The notes: generated from the letters alone by a model not told the origin. A DNA stretch of 64,000 nucleotides from an uncultured Planctomycetaceae bacterium (GCA_963976765.1 CAXBME010000018.1:62001-126000), one strand, 5' to 3'. Shown: positions 39,365 to 51,066, counted from the first letter of the stretch. Translations and numbers: made by a program.

Positions 39365-40684
39365 ATGCCACGCCCCACCTCACGTCGTCGCTTTCTGAAA
39401 ACTCTTGGCCTGAATACCGCCGCCCTGCCCTTCCTGACGAATCTGCCGAGCCTTGGCTTTGCCGGGACCGCGTCGCGGAAGAAACGCTTCGTCGTGATGT
39501 TCAGCCCGAACGGCACCATTCCGAAAGAGTTCTGGCCGGACAGACAGGGGCCTGACTTTGACATCAAGCCCATTCTGAAACCGCTGGAACCGTACCGCGA
39601 TCAGATGCTCGTCCTGAACGGTGTCTGCGACAAAGTCAAAGGCGACGGCGACAGCCACATGCGCGGCATGGCCTGCCTGCTGACCGGCATCGAACTATTC
39701 CCCGGCAACATCCAGGGCGGCTCACACACGCCGGCCGGCTGGTCGACGGGAATCTCGCTTGACCAGGAATTGAAGAACTTCTTTCAGGCGAACCCCGAAA
39801 CGAAAACTCGATTCGGTTCGCTCGAATTCGGCGTGATGGTTCCGGACCGGGCCGACACCTGGACCCGCATGAGCTATGCCGGCCCCAATAAGCCCGTCGC
39901 CCCGATCGATAACCCGTACGAAATGTTTGAAAAGCTGTACGGCCAGGTGCAGGACCGCGAGTCGCTCACCAGCATCCTCGACGACGTGCAGGATGACCTG
40001 AAGAAATTACGAAGCGTGGTCAGCGTTCAGGACCGCCACCTTCTCGATGAACAGGAGACGTTCGTTCGTGAAATGGAGCAGCAGCTTCAGTCGACTCCGG
40101 AAACAGAAACCGGACACGCCGTCCCGGAAATTGCCCAGGGCATTCGAGAAGACAACGACAACATTCCTCAGATCAGCAAAATGCAGATCGACCTGATGGT
40201 CAACAGCTTCGTGTCCGACTTCTCACGAATCGCGACGTTGCAATACACAAATTCTGTAGGCAATGCCAAAATGAGATGGCTTGGCATCGACGAAGGCCAG
40301 CACTCGCTGTCTCACGAGGGCGACGACAACAAGGACGCTCAGGAAAAGCTGACGAAGATCAACACCTGGTACGCCGAGCAGCTCGCATACCTCGTGAAGC
40401 GTCTGGCTGAAACCCCCGAACCCGGCGGGCCAGGCAGCCTGCTCGACAATACACAGATCGTCTGGGGCAACGAACTCGGCAAAGGCAACTCGCACACCCT
40501 GGACAACATCCCGTTCGTTCTGCTCGGCGGCGGCTCCGACTTCAAAACCGGCCAGGCCATCAAATTCGACCGCGTGCCGCACAATCGCCTGCTGCTCTCA
40601 CTCGCCCACAGCTTCGGCCACGAAATCAAAACCTTCGGCAACCCCGGCTACTGCAACGACGGTCCCCTCACCGGCCTGACATAA
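39365..40684 (+). CDS. DUF1552 domain protein
   Basis: Tat-like SRRRFLK; FSPNGT, ISLDQ, HSLSH, SLLDNT, GNSHT; directly downstream of the DUF1592 gene as usual. Confidence 0.88.
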   Translation: MPRPTSRRRFLKTLGLNTAALPFLTNLPSLGFAGTASRKKRFVVMFSPNGTIPKEFWPDRQGPDFDIKPILKPLEPYRDQMLVLNGVCDKVKGDGDSHMRGMACLLTGIELFPGNIQGGSHTPAGWSTGISLDQELKNFFQANPETKTRFGSLEFGVMVPDRADTWTRMSYAGPNKPVAPIDNPYEMFEKLYGQVQDRESLTSILDDVQDDLKKLRSVVSVQDRHLLDEQETFVREMEQQLQSTPETETGHAVPEIAQGIREDNDNIPQISKMQIDLMVNSFVSDFSRIATLQYTNSVGNAKMRWLGIDEGQHSLSHEGDDNKDAQEKLTKINTWYAEQLAYLVKRLAETPEPGGPGSLLDNTQIVWGNELGKGNSHTLDNIPFVLLGGGSDFKTGQAIKFDRVPHNRLLLSLAHSFGHEIKTFGNPGYCNDGPLTGLT

Positions 40685-41206
40685 CCTTCCCCGAAGCTTT
40701 ACGACCACGCCCGCAGGAATCACTCACTCGTTAGATCGATGAATTTCCGACGGCAAGCAGGGCCGGTTCCTACCGGCCAGCCAGAAATGGGATCGGGAAA
40801 GCTCACTACCAGAATCGCGCAGCGGCAGGGACGTTTTCAAACAGGAACGTTTCCCAAATAGCCGGCCACCAACAAAACCTCGTGCGGCTCCGCCGCTCAG
40901 GCTGCAAGCCACCAAGGCCATCCGCCGGGCTATCTTGCCGAAGAAAACTGGTAGGCTGCGTCTCGCCCCAGCTTCACACGCCACAGAGTCGCTGGGACAC
41001 GCCTCAGTCTGCCTGACTGGGTTTGCACGTCAGATGTGAATTTCCGGGTGGCCTGAGCACTTGTGGTGGGGTACTGGTATAGGACGACCGCGCCCTCAGC
41101 AATCGATTAGACCATCAGCGGCGATTCAAATTCCACGCGGACGATGAGACATCCTGTCGCTGCGCGCCCCAGCCATTCTGGCTGGGCCAACCAGACGTCA
41201 GGCAAA

Positions 41207-42871
41207 CTACTTTTTCTTGGGTCGGCCTGGTGGCTTGCGTTGAGTGTTCTGCCATTCTCCGGAGAACGGTGGTTTGTCGAAGGTGGTGCCGTCGCCCGTG
41301 ACTCGAGGGTCTCCGGTTTCTTTGAGGATTTTCATCAGGCGAGCAGACAGTGCATGCCGGATGGTCGCGTAGTCTTTTTCTGCGGCGACGTTCTTTGTCT
41401 GGTGTGGGTCGGTCCTCAGGTCGAAGAGTTCTTCCTCGGGGCGTCGGCCAAAGGCGATATTGAAGAAGCGACCGTCTTCTGATTTCGGGTGAGTGGCGAT
41501 CCAGGCTTTGGTTGGGCTGGCGTCGAGGTCTCCGAACGCGGCGATGGTGTTGTTCGTCAGGGCGTCGACGCTGGGCATGGGAGCGGCGGGGGCTCCGTAG
41601 CCGGGGCCTGTTCCCATTGGCCAGCGATCTGGTTTGAAGTTGCGAATGTAGAGGAAGTCCTTCGTCCGGATCGCTCGCTGAGGATACGGCAGGTTGCCGG
41701 TTCGAGCGGCGGCGACATGACGTTCCCGGCCGACGATGACAGCGTCGCGTGAGTCGTCGACCTGTCCGCTTTTCTCAGACGCCAGGACGCTGACCAGACT
41801 TCGTCCCGTCATGACGTCGAGCGGTTTCTCGCCGGCGACTTCCAGAAACGTCGGAGCCAGATCCGGCAAACAAACAAAGTCATTGACGACTCGACCAGCG
41901 GGAGCTTTGCCGGGCCAGCGGATTGCCAGCGGCACAGCGGTTCCAAAGTCGTAGAGGTTGCACTTGCCGTTGGGGAAGCCCGGAATTCCGTGGTCGCCAC
42001 TGACCGCGATGAGCGTGTTGTCCAACTCGCCGATCCGATCGAGTTCTTCCATGAGAACTCCCAGAGCCGCGTCGAAGGCCATTGCTTCACCGAGGTAGTC
42101 TGCAAAATCTTCACGCACCACATGAACGTCCGGCAGGAACGACGGCATCTTCCCCTTCAGGTCGCCCGGGTTGAGCCCCCATAGTTTGGCTCCGGAACCT
42201 TGAACCCACTTGCGGTGACAGTTGGTCGGACCAAACCAGTAGCAAAGTGGTTCGTCATTCTTTCGGGCAGCCAGGAAGTCTCGAAAATTTCCTCGCACCT
42301 CTTCAAGTAGTTCCTGCTTCGCCTGCTCGATATTTTTGGCACCGCTCACGCGTTGAGAGAATCCGTTGAACTTTGAACCGCGCCTGTTGTACGCAAACCT
42401 TGCGGCACCGTAAGGAGCATTGGCTGGCGTGCCGGGACTCCAGACTTTGTACGTGTGACCAATGTGGTAGCCGGCCTCGTTGAGCAGCAGCGGGTACGAC
42501 GGCGTGGAACCGTCCCAGATCGCTCCCTGCAGAATTGCGGCTCGACCAGTTCGCCAGAAATACTGCCCGGACAGCAGCGAACTCCGGCACGGAGTACACG
42601 ACGGAGCGTTCACAAACGCGTTGCGAAACAGCACGCCTTCATTGGCGATGCGATCGAAGTTTGGAGTGCTGACAATGTCGCTCGGCCCGCCCGGTTCGAG
42701 CTTTGCGTAAGCGCTTGCGTATCGCCCCCAATCGTCCGCAAAGGCGAACAGAATGTTGGGCCGTTTCGTTTCCGAGTCGGCTGCGTTTGCGAAATCAGAG
42801 ACCACCACGAAAGGCAAAATCAGTAAAGCGAAGCAAAGTAACGACCGGCGGGGCGGGCACTGTATTTTCAT
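41207..42871 (-). CDS. Sulfatase (formylglycine-dependent)
   Basis: [42 protein letters not shown]. Confidence 0.92.
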   Translation of the reverse strand: MKIQCPPRRSLLCFALLILPFVVVSDFANAADSETKRPNILFAFADDWGRYASAYAKLEPGGPSDIVSTPNFDRIANEGVLFRNAFVNAPSCTPCRSSLLSGQYFWRTGRAAILQGAIWDGSTPSYPLLLNEAGYHIGHTYKVWSPGTPANAPYGAARFAYNRRGSKFNGFSQRVSGAKNIEQAKQELLEEVRGNFRDFLAARKNDEPLCYWFGPTNCHRKWVQGSGAKLWGLNPGDLKGKMPSFLPDVHVVREDFADYLGEAMAFDAALGVLMEELDRIGELDNTLIAVSGDHGIPGFPNGKCNLYDFGTAVPLAIRWPGKAPAGRVVNDFVCLPDLAPTFLEVAGEKPLDVMTGRSLVSVLASEKSGQVDDSRDAVIVGRERHVAAARTGNLPYPQRAIRTKDFLYIRNFKPDRWPMGTGPGYGAPAAPMPSVDALTNNTIAAFGDLDASPTKAWIATHPKSEDGRFFNIAFGRRPEEELFDLRTDPHQTKNVAAEKDYATIRHALSARLMKILKETGDPRVTGDGTTFDKPPFSGEWQNTQRKPPGRPKKK

Positions 42872-42924
42872 CGATCAATCTCTGACTCAATGCGTGAAAC
42901 CGGAAACTCTGTAGCAAAGACAAG

Positions 42925-43005
42925 AGCCACAGATTGACACGGATCAGCACGGACAGCTTCTTGACGCATCTCAAACATCCGTGTGAATCCGTCCGATCCG
43001 CAGCT
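42925..43005. repeat. Intergenic inverted element built from ~10-bp ACACGGAT / ATCCGTGT units
   Basis: CCACAGATTGACACGGATCAGCACGGA ... ATCCGTGTGAATCCGTCCGATCCGCAGCT. Confidence 0.6.
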
Positions 43006-43066
43006 TAAATCATCTTAGGTCATGTCGACGATGCACTTGACATACCCTGCGACAGGTGAGGGGCGT

Positions 43067-44587
43067 TTACTCGTAGTCCCATTTCATGATCCACGGATCC
43101 TGCATCTTCTTTTGATAGGCTTTCAACTTTGCCTTGTACTCTTTGAGAATGTCGACGTACTCGGTCGAAAGGGCGAGGTTGTGTCCTTCCTCGGGATCTT
43201 TTTCGATGTCGAACAACTCGAACTCCGCACGATGAATGTACTGCCCGACCGTCTTGCGACCGTACGGAGCGTCCATGCCTTTTTTGAACTGAGCCTGCCA
43301 GCTCGACGCGGCCCACAGGTCAGAAGCGAACGGGTATGGCAGCGGGTGGGCAATGTTCCAGATCAGTTTGTACTTTTTGTCCCGCACGACTCGCATCGGG
43401 TAGTACATCTGAATTTCGTGGAAGGTGTGTGAGGCGAAGATTGAATCCCAGTGTTCACCGTCCGCTTTACCCAGCACATCGATCCATGATTTTCCGTGAT
43501 AGCTGGTCAGCTTCGGGCCGCGGTTCTCTTTGAGATTCTCGCCGCGATCTTTCCAGTACTTATCCGCGTTGACCATCTCTTTCGGAGCGTTCGTTTTTCT
43601 ATCCAGACCTCCGGCAAAATCAAGCAGCGACGGCGTAATATCGATGTGACTGATCAAAGCTCCCGAGCGAACTCCGCGATTCTTTTCGTACGGGTTTCGA
43701 ACAACGAACGGCACGTTGAGACCGGCTTCGTAGACGGTGGTCTTTCCACCAGAGAATGCCATGCCGTGGTCTGAGGTGAAAACGATCAGAGTCTTCTCGT
43801 AGACGCCGGCTTCCTTGAGAATCTCAACGAGCCGTCCAACCCCCTGGTCGATACGGGCACACGACTGATAGTACTGGGCAAGTTCTTCTCGAGTCTCAGG
43901 CGTGTCGGTCATGAACGGCGGAATGATCACATCAGCCGGGTCGTAGATGACTTCTTTGACGCCTTCGTGCGAGCCGTCGTCTGGCTTGTTGCCGAACAGG
44001 TCGGCCTTCAGTTCCAGCTTCGAGGTCAGATCCTTGCCACCGCCGCGGTGAGGATCGCTTGTGCCGAAGTAGATAAAAAACGGGCGATCGTCATCCTTGT
44101 CGGTGATGAATTCGCGGCAGGCATCCGCCATTTTCACCGCGTTGCGACCGTCGCCTTTGAGGTACGTTTCGAAACGGTAGACCTCTTCTGGAGCGACGTG
44201 GTACTTGCCGATCTGAGCCGTCCGATAACCAGAGTTCGCAATGACTCGTGGCAAGGCCAGACTCACGACGTTGTGCCACGACGCAAACTTGTGGAACGAG
44301 TGAGCGTGTCCGTACTGACCATTCCGGTGATTGTGCAGTCCGGACATCACCACCGAGCGGCTGGCACTGCAACTGGCCGTTGTCGCAAAGGCATTCAGAA
44401 AGACCGTTCCGTCGGCGGCGAGAGCGTCGATGTTTGGAGTAGCTGCCGCCTTGTCACCGTAGCAACCGAGCGTCGGGCTTTCGTCGTCGGTGATGAAGAA
44501 AATGATGTTTCGCTCAGCCGCGTGCAGAGTCGATCCGACCAGCATCAACAGCAACAGACAAGGTAACACAGCAACACGATTCATCAT
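43067..44587 (-). CDS. Sulfatase, N-sulfoglucosamine sulfohydrolase-like
   Basis: NIIFFITDD, SCSASRS (CxAxR), GKYHV, SDPHR, SDHG, HTFHEIQMYYPMR. Confidence 0.88.
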   Translation of the reverse strand: MMNRVAVLPCLLLLMLVGSTLHAAERNIIFFITDDESPTLGCYGDKAAATPNIDALAADGTVFLNAFATTASCSASRSVVMSGLHNHRNGQYGHAHSFHKFASWHNVVSLALPRVIANSGYRTAQIGKYHVAPEEVYRFETYLKGDGRNAVKMADACREFITDKDDDRPFFIYFGTSDPHRGGGKDLTSKLELKADLFGNKPDDGSHEGVKEVIYDPADVIIPPFMTDTPETREELAQYYQSCARIDQGVGRLVEILKEAGVYEKTLIVFTSDHGMAFSGGKTTVYEAGLNVPFVVRNPYEKNRGVRSGALISHIDITPSLLDFAGGLDRKTNAPKEMVNADKYWKDRGENLKENRGPKLTSYHGKSWIDVLGKADGEHWDSIFASHTFHEIQMYYPMRVVRDKKYKLIWNIAHPLPYPFASDLWAASSWQAQFKKGMDAPYGRKTVGQYIHRAEFELFDIEKDPEEGHNLALSTEYVDILKEYKAKLKAYQKKMQDPWIMKWDYE

Positions 44588-44896
44588 TTGGATTCTCCGG
44601 TTGTTTCTCGGAAGTACTGACCAACGAGCATCTGGGTACCAAAGGCTCCGCCAGTGCAGGCACTTCTGAATCACGAGCAAAGTCAACGCGACACTCATTC
44701 ATAAAGGTTCGGTCAGGATAGCGCACTGGCCGAGCAGTCTCCACCAAGCCGTCTCCCCCAGGCAGTCTGAAATGGATCGGGACGTTTCCCCGCGAAAGCG
44801 GCTCTGGTAGACTACCCGGCTCTCCACTCGGCGGTCATCCAGATTGCTGATAAGCAGCCTGCCTTTGACAAACAACCTTCCATTGGGTTTCTCAGA

Positions 44897-47800
44897 ATGA
44901 AAACTTCACCGTGCAATGCCTGCTTTCTTGCCGGCGTCATCACCGTTTCACTTTGTGTGTTGCCAGCCGCAGCTCAGGATTCGGGCTGGTCGCGACTCGT
45001 CAAAGAAGACGGCCCCGTTCTGTCGTGGAATTTCGACGGACAGGATCCTGGCACTCCAGCACTCGCTGGCGACGCCGCTGCATTGAAAGCAGCCACCTCT
45101 GTCGCCGGAGAGGTGAAGTTCGGCGAAGTGGGTCCAGCGCGATCGACGTCGCCGTTGTTCGCCTCTGGCAACAAGGGCATCGAAATCACCTCGAAGGCCG
45201 GCGTGATCAAGGTGACCGATCCCGGCGAAAACAGCCCACTCGACTTTGACAAAGGCGACGCGATCACCATCGAAGCCTGGGTCAAGCCGGATTCGTTCGG
45301 CGGAACCCGCTACATGTACATTGTCGGAAAAGGTCGCACGTACGAAAAAGGCTTCTCGCGAGAAAACCACAACTATTCATTAAGGCTGCAAGGGCGAGGG
45401 CCCGATGCCGTGTTGAGCTTTCTCTTTCGAACTCGAGCCGACAAGAAGACTCCTGCCGCCTGGCACCGCTGGACATCGAAAGAAGGTTTCACCGTCGACA
45501 AAGGCTGGCATCACGTCGCGGTGACTTATGAATTCGGCAAGGCAGACAGTCTGGTCGGATACGTTGATGGCCGTCCGGTCACGGGCGTGTGGGATATGGG
45601 TGGAGCTACTGATCGAGCTCCAGTGGTTGATAACGATCAACTGTGGATTGGCTCGTCGATGGGTATGGGTGTAAGCAGTTCATTTGATGGACAGCTCGAT
45701 GAAGTCGCGATTTACCGCAAGGCTCTTAAACCCGAACGATTCATGGTTCGCGTGCCTTACTTCCCACAACCATCTCCGCCGCCGACGCCGCAATCAGCTC
45801 CACCTCGCGGCGAGATTCTTGTCGAAGTCATCGAGGGAATTCCAGATTCGCCATCATGGCCAGCAACGTTTCCGGAGCCGACCGAATTCTGGACTGAACC
45901 AGCGTTTGCTTTCTTCGCCACGCCGCAGCGCTACTCGTCAAAGGCTCTGCGGATCGACCGAGGTAACCCGCTCATTCTACGAGCCAGCAGCGTGATGCAG
46001 CTTCCAGCAGGCAAGTACAACTTCCTGGTTCGCACGCTCCGTTTCGGCAGACTTTATATTGACGGAGAACTGGTCGTCGAAACTCCGAAACGAGGCCATC
46101 GCGGAGGCGGCCATGGGCAGATGTACGAACTCGAAAGCAAGCTGGCGCCGGGGTCACGACAACTGTTTCCAGGAGCGGTCGAACGGATGGCCGAAGTCGA
46201 ACTCGACGGAAAAGAGCACGAGTTCCGTTTCGAAGTTCACGCCGGCGGCCAGACACGGCGAGTCGAATTTGGTGAAACCAGCGTCAGCTTCGCTCCAGTC
46301 GAAGGCTCAGCCGACTCAATAGTGGCGACAGATGCAGCATCAAAGCATGGCCGCACGCCGTTCCGAGTGCTCAGTACAAAACTCAACATCCCAATGACAA
46401 ATCGAGCATGGGAAGCTTACGAACGACAGCGACGAAACGACTACGTCTGGATGGATCAGCAGAAGCGTCAGCTGGTCGGCGACGCTGAGCGGCATCATTG
46501 GCACAAGCGGCACGAGATTGCTCGGCAGATTGTCGGGGCCAGGCCCGCAGTCAACGTGCCCGAAGTTAAGCCAGGCACGTCAGTCGGTAACGACATCGAT
46601 CGATTCATTCTGTCGCGGCTTCAAAAAGAAGGGGTCGCCCCTGCTCCGTTATGCGACGACTGGACGTTCATGCGGCGAGTCGGTCTGCACCTGATCGGGA
46701 CTCCGCCATCGTCAGAAACAGTTGCCGAATTCATGGCCGACAAATCTGCAAACCGGCGGGCGAGATTTATCGACCGCATGCTGGAGCATTCCGGCTGGGC
46801 TGACCACTGGGTCGGCTACTGGCAGGACGTGCTGGCCGAAAACCCGAACATCATCAACCCCACACTGAACAACACCGGCCCGTTTCGCTGGTGGATATTC
46901 GAATCGTTCCTCGACAACAAACCATTCGATCGCTTTGTAACTGAACTGATTTCTATGGAAGGCAGCGCCAAGTTCGGCGGGCCAGCCGGTTTTGAGATGG
47001 CCTCGCAGAACGATGCACCGTTCGCCGCAAAGGCTCACATCATCAGTCAGGGATTCCTGGCTCTCGAGATGAAATGTGCCCGCTGCCACGATGCCCCTTA
47101 CCACGATTTTGCGCAGGAAGACCTCTTCAGCATCGCCGCCATGCTGCGACGCAGTCCACAGAAAGTTCCGAAAAGCAGCACCATTCCGGGCGGCATGTCG
47201 AACTCAGAGCTCGTTAAGGTCAGCCTGAAACCCGAGCAGCCCATCTCGCCAAAATGGCCATTCGCTGAAAAGGTCGACAGCTCAATCCCGGACGGAATTC
47301 TGCCAGCAGAAACCACCGATTCACGGAGAGAACTCGCAGCGCGAGTCACCTCGCCGAACAACGATCGATTCGCAGAAGTTCTGGTCAATCGATTGTGGCA
47401 TCGATACCTCGGTCGCGGACTGGTCATCTCGATCGATGACTGGGAGACAGAAGAGCCAAGTCACCCGCAACTGCTTCGCTACCTCGCCCGCGAATTCGTC
47501 CTGAGTGGCTACGACGTGAAACACGTCGCCCGTTTGATCCTCAACTCTCACACGTACCAGCGCCAGTTCGCCGCAGCCGCCAGCGACATTCCGGCTGAGT
47601 TTTTTGCCGCACCGGTCCGACAACGACTGACTGCCGAGCAACTCGTCGATTCACTGTTCTCGGCATCCGGCAAGGATTTTCGAGCGGGTGACATGAACAT
47701 CGACATCGACGGCAGTCGAGAAATTAAGAACTCACTGAACCTGGGAATTCCGCGTCGAGCGTGGATGTTCTCATCAATGTCAAACGAGCGGGATCGTCCC

Positions 47801-48346
47801 AGCCTGACGTTGCCCTACGCTGAACCATTTGTCAGCACTCTGGAAACATTCGGCTGGCGGAGTTCGCGACAAAGTCCGCTGACTATTCGCGAAGAGGCAG
47901 CGACGGTTCTGCAACCTGCCATCATCGCCAACGGTACTCTCGGTCGACGATTTACTCGGCTGTCGGACGACAGTGCGTTCACGACGCTTGCTCTGCAGAA
48001 TCAGCCTGCCAGCGAGCTGGTCAATGCAGTCTTCGTTCGAACATTGACACGACCACCGGAAAGTGAAGAGCGATCCGTATTCGTCGAGCTGCTTAGCGAT
48101 GGCTACGCCGACCGAATCAACAAGGAAGAACTCAATAAGCCGCTGCCGCCGATTCCGAATCTGCGGACCGGAGTCGGCTGGTCCAACCATCTTCACCCCG
48201 ACGCGAATACATTACAGGTCGAGACTCACGAAGCCGTAAGCCAGGGCGACCCACCCACCCGGCGTCTTAATCCTGAATGGCGGCAACGATTTGAAGACAT
48301 GCTTTGGGCGTTGATGAATTCTCCCGAATTTGTATTCGCTCCATGA
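44897..48346 (+). CDS. LamG-like + DUF1549/DUF1553 (PSD1/PSCyt) domain protein
   Basis: ITIEAWVKP, WHHVAVTY, FDGQLDEVAIY (LamG); IDRFI, W-DVLAE, NKPFDRFV, CARCHDAP, VNRLW, SHPQLL, RLTAEQLVDS, WALMNSPEF. Confidence 0.88.
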   Translation: MKTSPCNACFLAGVITVSLCVLPAAAQDSGWSRLVKEDGPVLSWNFDGQDPGTPALAGDAAALKAATSVAGEVKFGEVGPARSTSPLFASGNKGIEITSKAGVIKVTDPGENSPLDFDKGDAITIEAWVKPDSFGGTRYMYIVGKGRTYEKGFSRENHNYSLRLQGRGPDAVLSFLFRTRADKKTPAAWHRWTSKEGFTVDKGWHHVAVTYEFGKADSLVGYVDGRPVTGVWDMGGATDRAPVVDNDQLWIGSSMGMGVSSSFDGQLDEVAIYRKALKPERFMVRVPYFPQPSPPPTPQSAPPRGEILVEVIEGIPDSPSWPATFPEPTEFWTEPAFAFFATPQRYSSKALRIDRGNPLILRASSVMQLPAGKYNFLVRTLRFGRLYIDGELVVETPKRGHRGGGHGQMYELESKLAPGSRQLFPGAVERMAEVELDGKEHEFRFEVHAGGQTRRVEFGETSVSFAPVEGSADSIVATDAASKHGRTPFRVLSTKLNIPMTNRAWEAYERQRRNDYVWMDQQKRQLVGDAERHHWHKRHEIARQIVGARPAVNVPEVKPGTSVGNDIDRFILSRLQKEGVAPAPLCDDWTFMRRVGLHLIGTPPSSETVAEFMADKSANRRARFIDRMLEHSGWADHWVGYWQDVLAENPNIINPTLNNTGPFRWWIFESFLDNKPFDRFVTELISMEGSAKFGGPAGFEMASQNDAPFAAKAHIISQGFLALEMKCARCHDAPYHDFAQEDLFSIAAMLRRSPQKVPKSSTIPGGMSNSELVKVSLKPEQPISPKWPFAEKVDSSIPDGILPAETTDSRRELAARVTSPNNDRFAEVLVNRLWHRYLGRGLVISIDDWETEEPSHPQLLRYLAREFVLSGYDVKHVARLILNSHTYQRQFAAAASDIPAEFFAAPVRQRLTAEQLVDSLFSASGKDFRAGDMNIDIDGSREIKNSLNLGIPRRAWMFSSMSNERDRPSLTLPYAEPFVSTLETFGWRSSRQSPLTIREEAATVLQPAIIANGTLGRRFTRLSDDSAFTTLALQNQPASELVNAVFVRTLTRPPESEERSVFVELLSDGYADRINKEELNKPLPPIPNLRTGVGWSNHLHPDANTLQVETHEAVSQGDPPTRRLNPEWRQRFEDMLWALMNSPEFVFAP

Positions 48347-48425
48347 AACTCTTGTCGGCGGCCGGATAGCGGGCACGTCAGCCGGATCTTCCGATACGAA
48401 GTTCTCAATAACGAGGTCGACAAGC

Positions 48426-49583
48426 ATGTCTCGAATTCTCAACAGCCTTTTTGTTTTTTTACTCTGCGTTGCGGCAAGTCGTCTCGAAGCGTCGGATGAC
48501 TTCAAAACAACTGTCTGGAAAAGCGGCGAAGGTAACTATCACACGTACCGGATCCCTTCGATTATTCGAACAATGAATGGCTCGCTGCTGGCGTTCTGCG
48601 AAGGGCGCAAATCCGGACGCGGCGATGCCGGGAACATTGATCTGCTGCTGAAGAGATCGTTCGACGGCGGAGTAACGTGGGGTGACGAAGTCGTTCTCTG
48701 GGACGACAACGGGCACACATGCGGCAATCCCTGTCCCGTCGTTGATGAATCGACGGGAACAATCTGGCTGCTGCTGACTCACAACCTCGGAACGGACCAC
48801 GAGCCGGACATCATCAAAGGGAAATCCGAGTCGACTCGCACCGTCTGGGTCAGTCACAGCTCAGACGATGGTCAGACGTGGGGCGCTCCTCGTGAAATTA
48901 CAAAGACGACCAAAGATTCCAACTGGGGCTGGTACGCGACCGGACCGGGAGTCGGCATCCAGATCAAGCACGGTCCGCACAAAGGGCGACTCGTCATTCC
49001 GTGCGACCATAGCTATGACGATCCGAACGGCAAACTTCAGGGCGGCGGCTTCGAATTCGGAGCCCACTCAATTCACAGTGACGATCACGGCAAGACATGG
49101 CAACTCGGGGGCACCATCCGACCGAAAGCGAACGAGTGCCAGGTTGTGGAACTCGACGATGCGGACGGGGGCCTGCTGATGAATATGCGATCGTACTTCG
49201 GACGCAAGCGACGTACGCATTCGGTCAGTAAGGACGGGGGAGCGACGTGGTCATCGCCGGTGGACGCTCCACAATTGATCGAACCGGTCTGCCAGGGAAG
49301 CATCATCCGACAGTCATGGCCCCGCGACGGCAAACCGGGAATGCTGCTGTTTTCGAACCCGGCCAGTGAAAAAGGACGAGTGCAACTGACCGTTCGCGCG
49401 AGTTTCGACGACGGCAGGAACTGGCCTGTCGCCCGAGTGCTCCATTACGGACCAGCCGCGTACTCCTGCCTGGTGTCGCTTCCCGGCAACGCCGTTGGAT
49501 GCCTTTACGAAGCCGGCGAGAAGAACGCGTACGAGTCGATCGTCTTTCATCGACTTCCTGCAAGCTCGCTGCAGTCACCGTAG
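48426..49583 (+). CDS. Sialidase-family (GH33-like, BNR repeat) protein
   Basis: YRIP motif; Asp-boxes SFDGGVTW, SSDDGQTW, SDDHGKTW, SKDGGATW, SFDDGRNW; AYS. Confidence 0.9.
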   Translation: MSRILNSLFVFLLCVAASRLEASDDFKTTVWKSGEGNYHTYRIPSIIRTMNGSLLAFCEGRKSGRGDAGNIDLLLKRSFDGGVTWGDEVVLWDDNGHTCGNPCPVVDESTGTIWLLLTHNLGTDHEPDIIKGKSESTRTVWVSHSSDDGQTWGAPREITKTTKDSNWGWYATGPGVGIQIKHGPHKGRLVIPCDHSYDDPNGKLQGGGFEFGAHSIHSDDHGKTWQLGGTIRPKANECQVVELDDADGGLLMNMRSYFGRKRRTHSVSKDGGATWSSPVDAPQLIEPVCQGSIIRQSWPRDGKPGMLLFSNPASEKGRVQLTVRASFDDGRNWPVARVLHYGPAAYSCLVSLPGNAVGCLYEAGEKNAYESIVFHRLPASSLQSP

Positions 49584-49631
49584 AGTGCTGAAGAGTCAAA
49601 CTGGCGAGCCAAAACCCGGCACTGAAAAAAC

Positions 49632-50183
49632 TCAGTATTTCTCGAAGCGAATGAATTCTGGCGGGACGTAATTGGTCAACCAGACGGAATTCGTTGAGCA
49701 ATAAAAGTCGTAGCCCTTTGTAACCATCGCCGCAGCGTCAATTTCGAGGATGACTGGACGACCTCGTCTTGAACCAACCTGGATCGCGACATTTCGATCG
49801 TCGTGCAAGTGGACGTGCTGGCGGCTTCCTTTGATCAGACCTTTCTCACGGATCGAATCCAGAAACTTCTCGACCGTTCCGTGTAGAAGGGTCGGCGGAG
49901 GAGTTTTGGGTTCGTATCCCAACTCGACATTAACCGAGTGCCCTTGCGAAGCGCGGATCCGTAAACCGTCCCCGCTGAATTCGAAACGCTTTTTGTCATT
50001 GTTGTCGACGATCTGCTTCAACTCGACTGCCGACAGACCGCGGCTATTTCGAGCCATCCCTTCAAGCAAATCCTCAACAGTCACCCAACCAGCATCGTCC
50101 AATGTTAACCCGGCAATCTCTGGCTGATGTCGCAGCACCAAGCTCATGAACTTACTCACTCGTTTTTGATCCTTCTCATTCAT
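49632..50183 (-). CDS. kptA: RNA 2'-phosphotransferase (Tpt1/KptA)
   Basis: SKFMSLVLRH, DKKRF, IRASQGHS, LLHGT, RQHVHL, VWLT. Confidence 0.95.
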   Translation of the reverse strand: MNEKDQKRVSKFMSLVLRHQPEIAGLTLDDAGWVTVEDLLEGMARNSRGLSAVELKQIVDNNDKKRFEFSGDGLRIRASQGHSVNVELGYEPKTPPPTLLHGTVEKFLDSIREKGLIKGSRQHVHLHDDRNVAIQVGSRRGRPVILEIDAAAMVTKGYDFYCSTNSVWLTNYVPPEFIRFEKY

Positions 50184-50857
50184 GACGACAACGCACCAAT
50201 CTCTCTCAACATTTCAACGGTATTTTCAATCGGCAAACCAACGACATTGCTATAGCTGCCTTCGACTTTCGTCACCATGACACTGCCGACTCCCTGGATT
50301 GCGTACCCCCCGGCCTTGCCGATGGGTTCGTCCGTTGAGATGTACCAGTCCAGCCATGCCTCGACATCATCTCGCATCGTGACAAGCGTCGCGCATGACT
50401 GGTTCAATGTTCTGCAGTCGTCTCCCGCCACATCTAACAGGGAAACCGATACTGCCGACAAGACGGTGTGAGTTTGTCCGGCCAGGTAATCACGAAACCA
50501 GCCTCGCACCTCGGCTTCCCAATCGTCCGCGACATTCGGTTGGCCCAGTGCCAGTAAGCCTCCCGACGAAACTTCGACGATCACCGTTGTGTCCGCGCAA
50601 ATCACGACGCATGGACCGTTTGAAATGGCTCCAGCGATAAGTTGGTCGATCACGTCCAGACGTTTCAACTCGACAATTTCGTGACATCGCGTTTCAAATT
50701 CAGACATCGATCTGAGACCATCGAAGCCTGGCTCGTCGGCGTCGCGAGGCGGCAGCACGACGAGTCTCTCAGGTGCAGCGACCATCCGAAGCAGCTCCAG
50801 ACGGCGAGGAGATCGCGACCCGATAACGATTGGAATTTCCGAAGTTGAAGTCGGCAT
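50180..50857 (-). CDS. maf: Maf family nucleoside triphosphate pyrophosphatase
   Basis: GSRSPRRLELL, CADTTV, GKAGGYAIQG, GSYSNVVGLP. Confidence 0.9.
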   Translation of the reverse strand: MPTSTSEIPIVIGSRSPRRLELLRMVAAPERLVVLPPRDADEPGFDGLRSMSEFETRCHEIVELKRLDVIDQLIAGAISNGPCVVICADTTVIVEVSSGGLLALGQPNVADDWEAEVRGWFRDYLAGQTHTVLSAVSVSLLDVAGDDCRTLNQSCATLVTMRDDVEAWLDWYISTDEPIGKAGGYAIQGVGSVMVTKVEGSYSNVVGLPIENTVEMLREIGALSS

Positions 50858-51066
50858 TATTGAATCTTCGGCTGAGCTTTCGACAGGCAGTCTCTTCAAG
50901 AAGCGACAGCATCTTCCAGACGCCCGGTTCGCTCAACTCTCGAAGGATGTCAATCCGCCCATAAATTCTGACCGTGCGGTTTCCGTTCAGAATTCAATCG
51001 GCCACAATGTCGGCTCAGTTTCATGTCCTGCCCACAACCTGCCCTACCATTTTCAGGAGTTTTCAC

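Noticed and set aside
35949..40684. Receiver-HATPase gene and DUF1592/DUF1552 pair as a novel system
   Set aside because: Both architectures are common in Planctomycetes and nothing in the sequence links them
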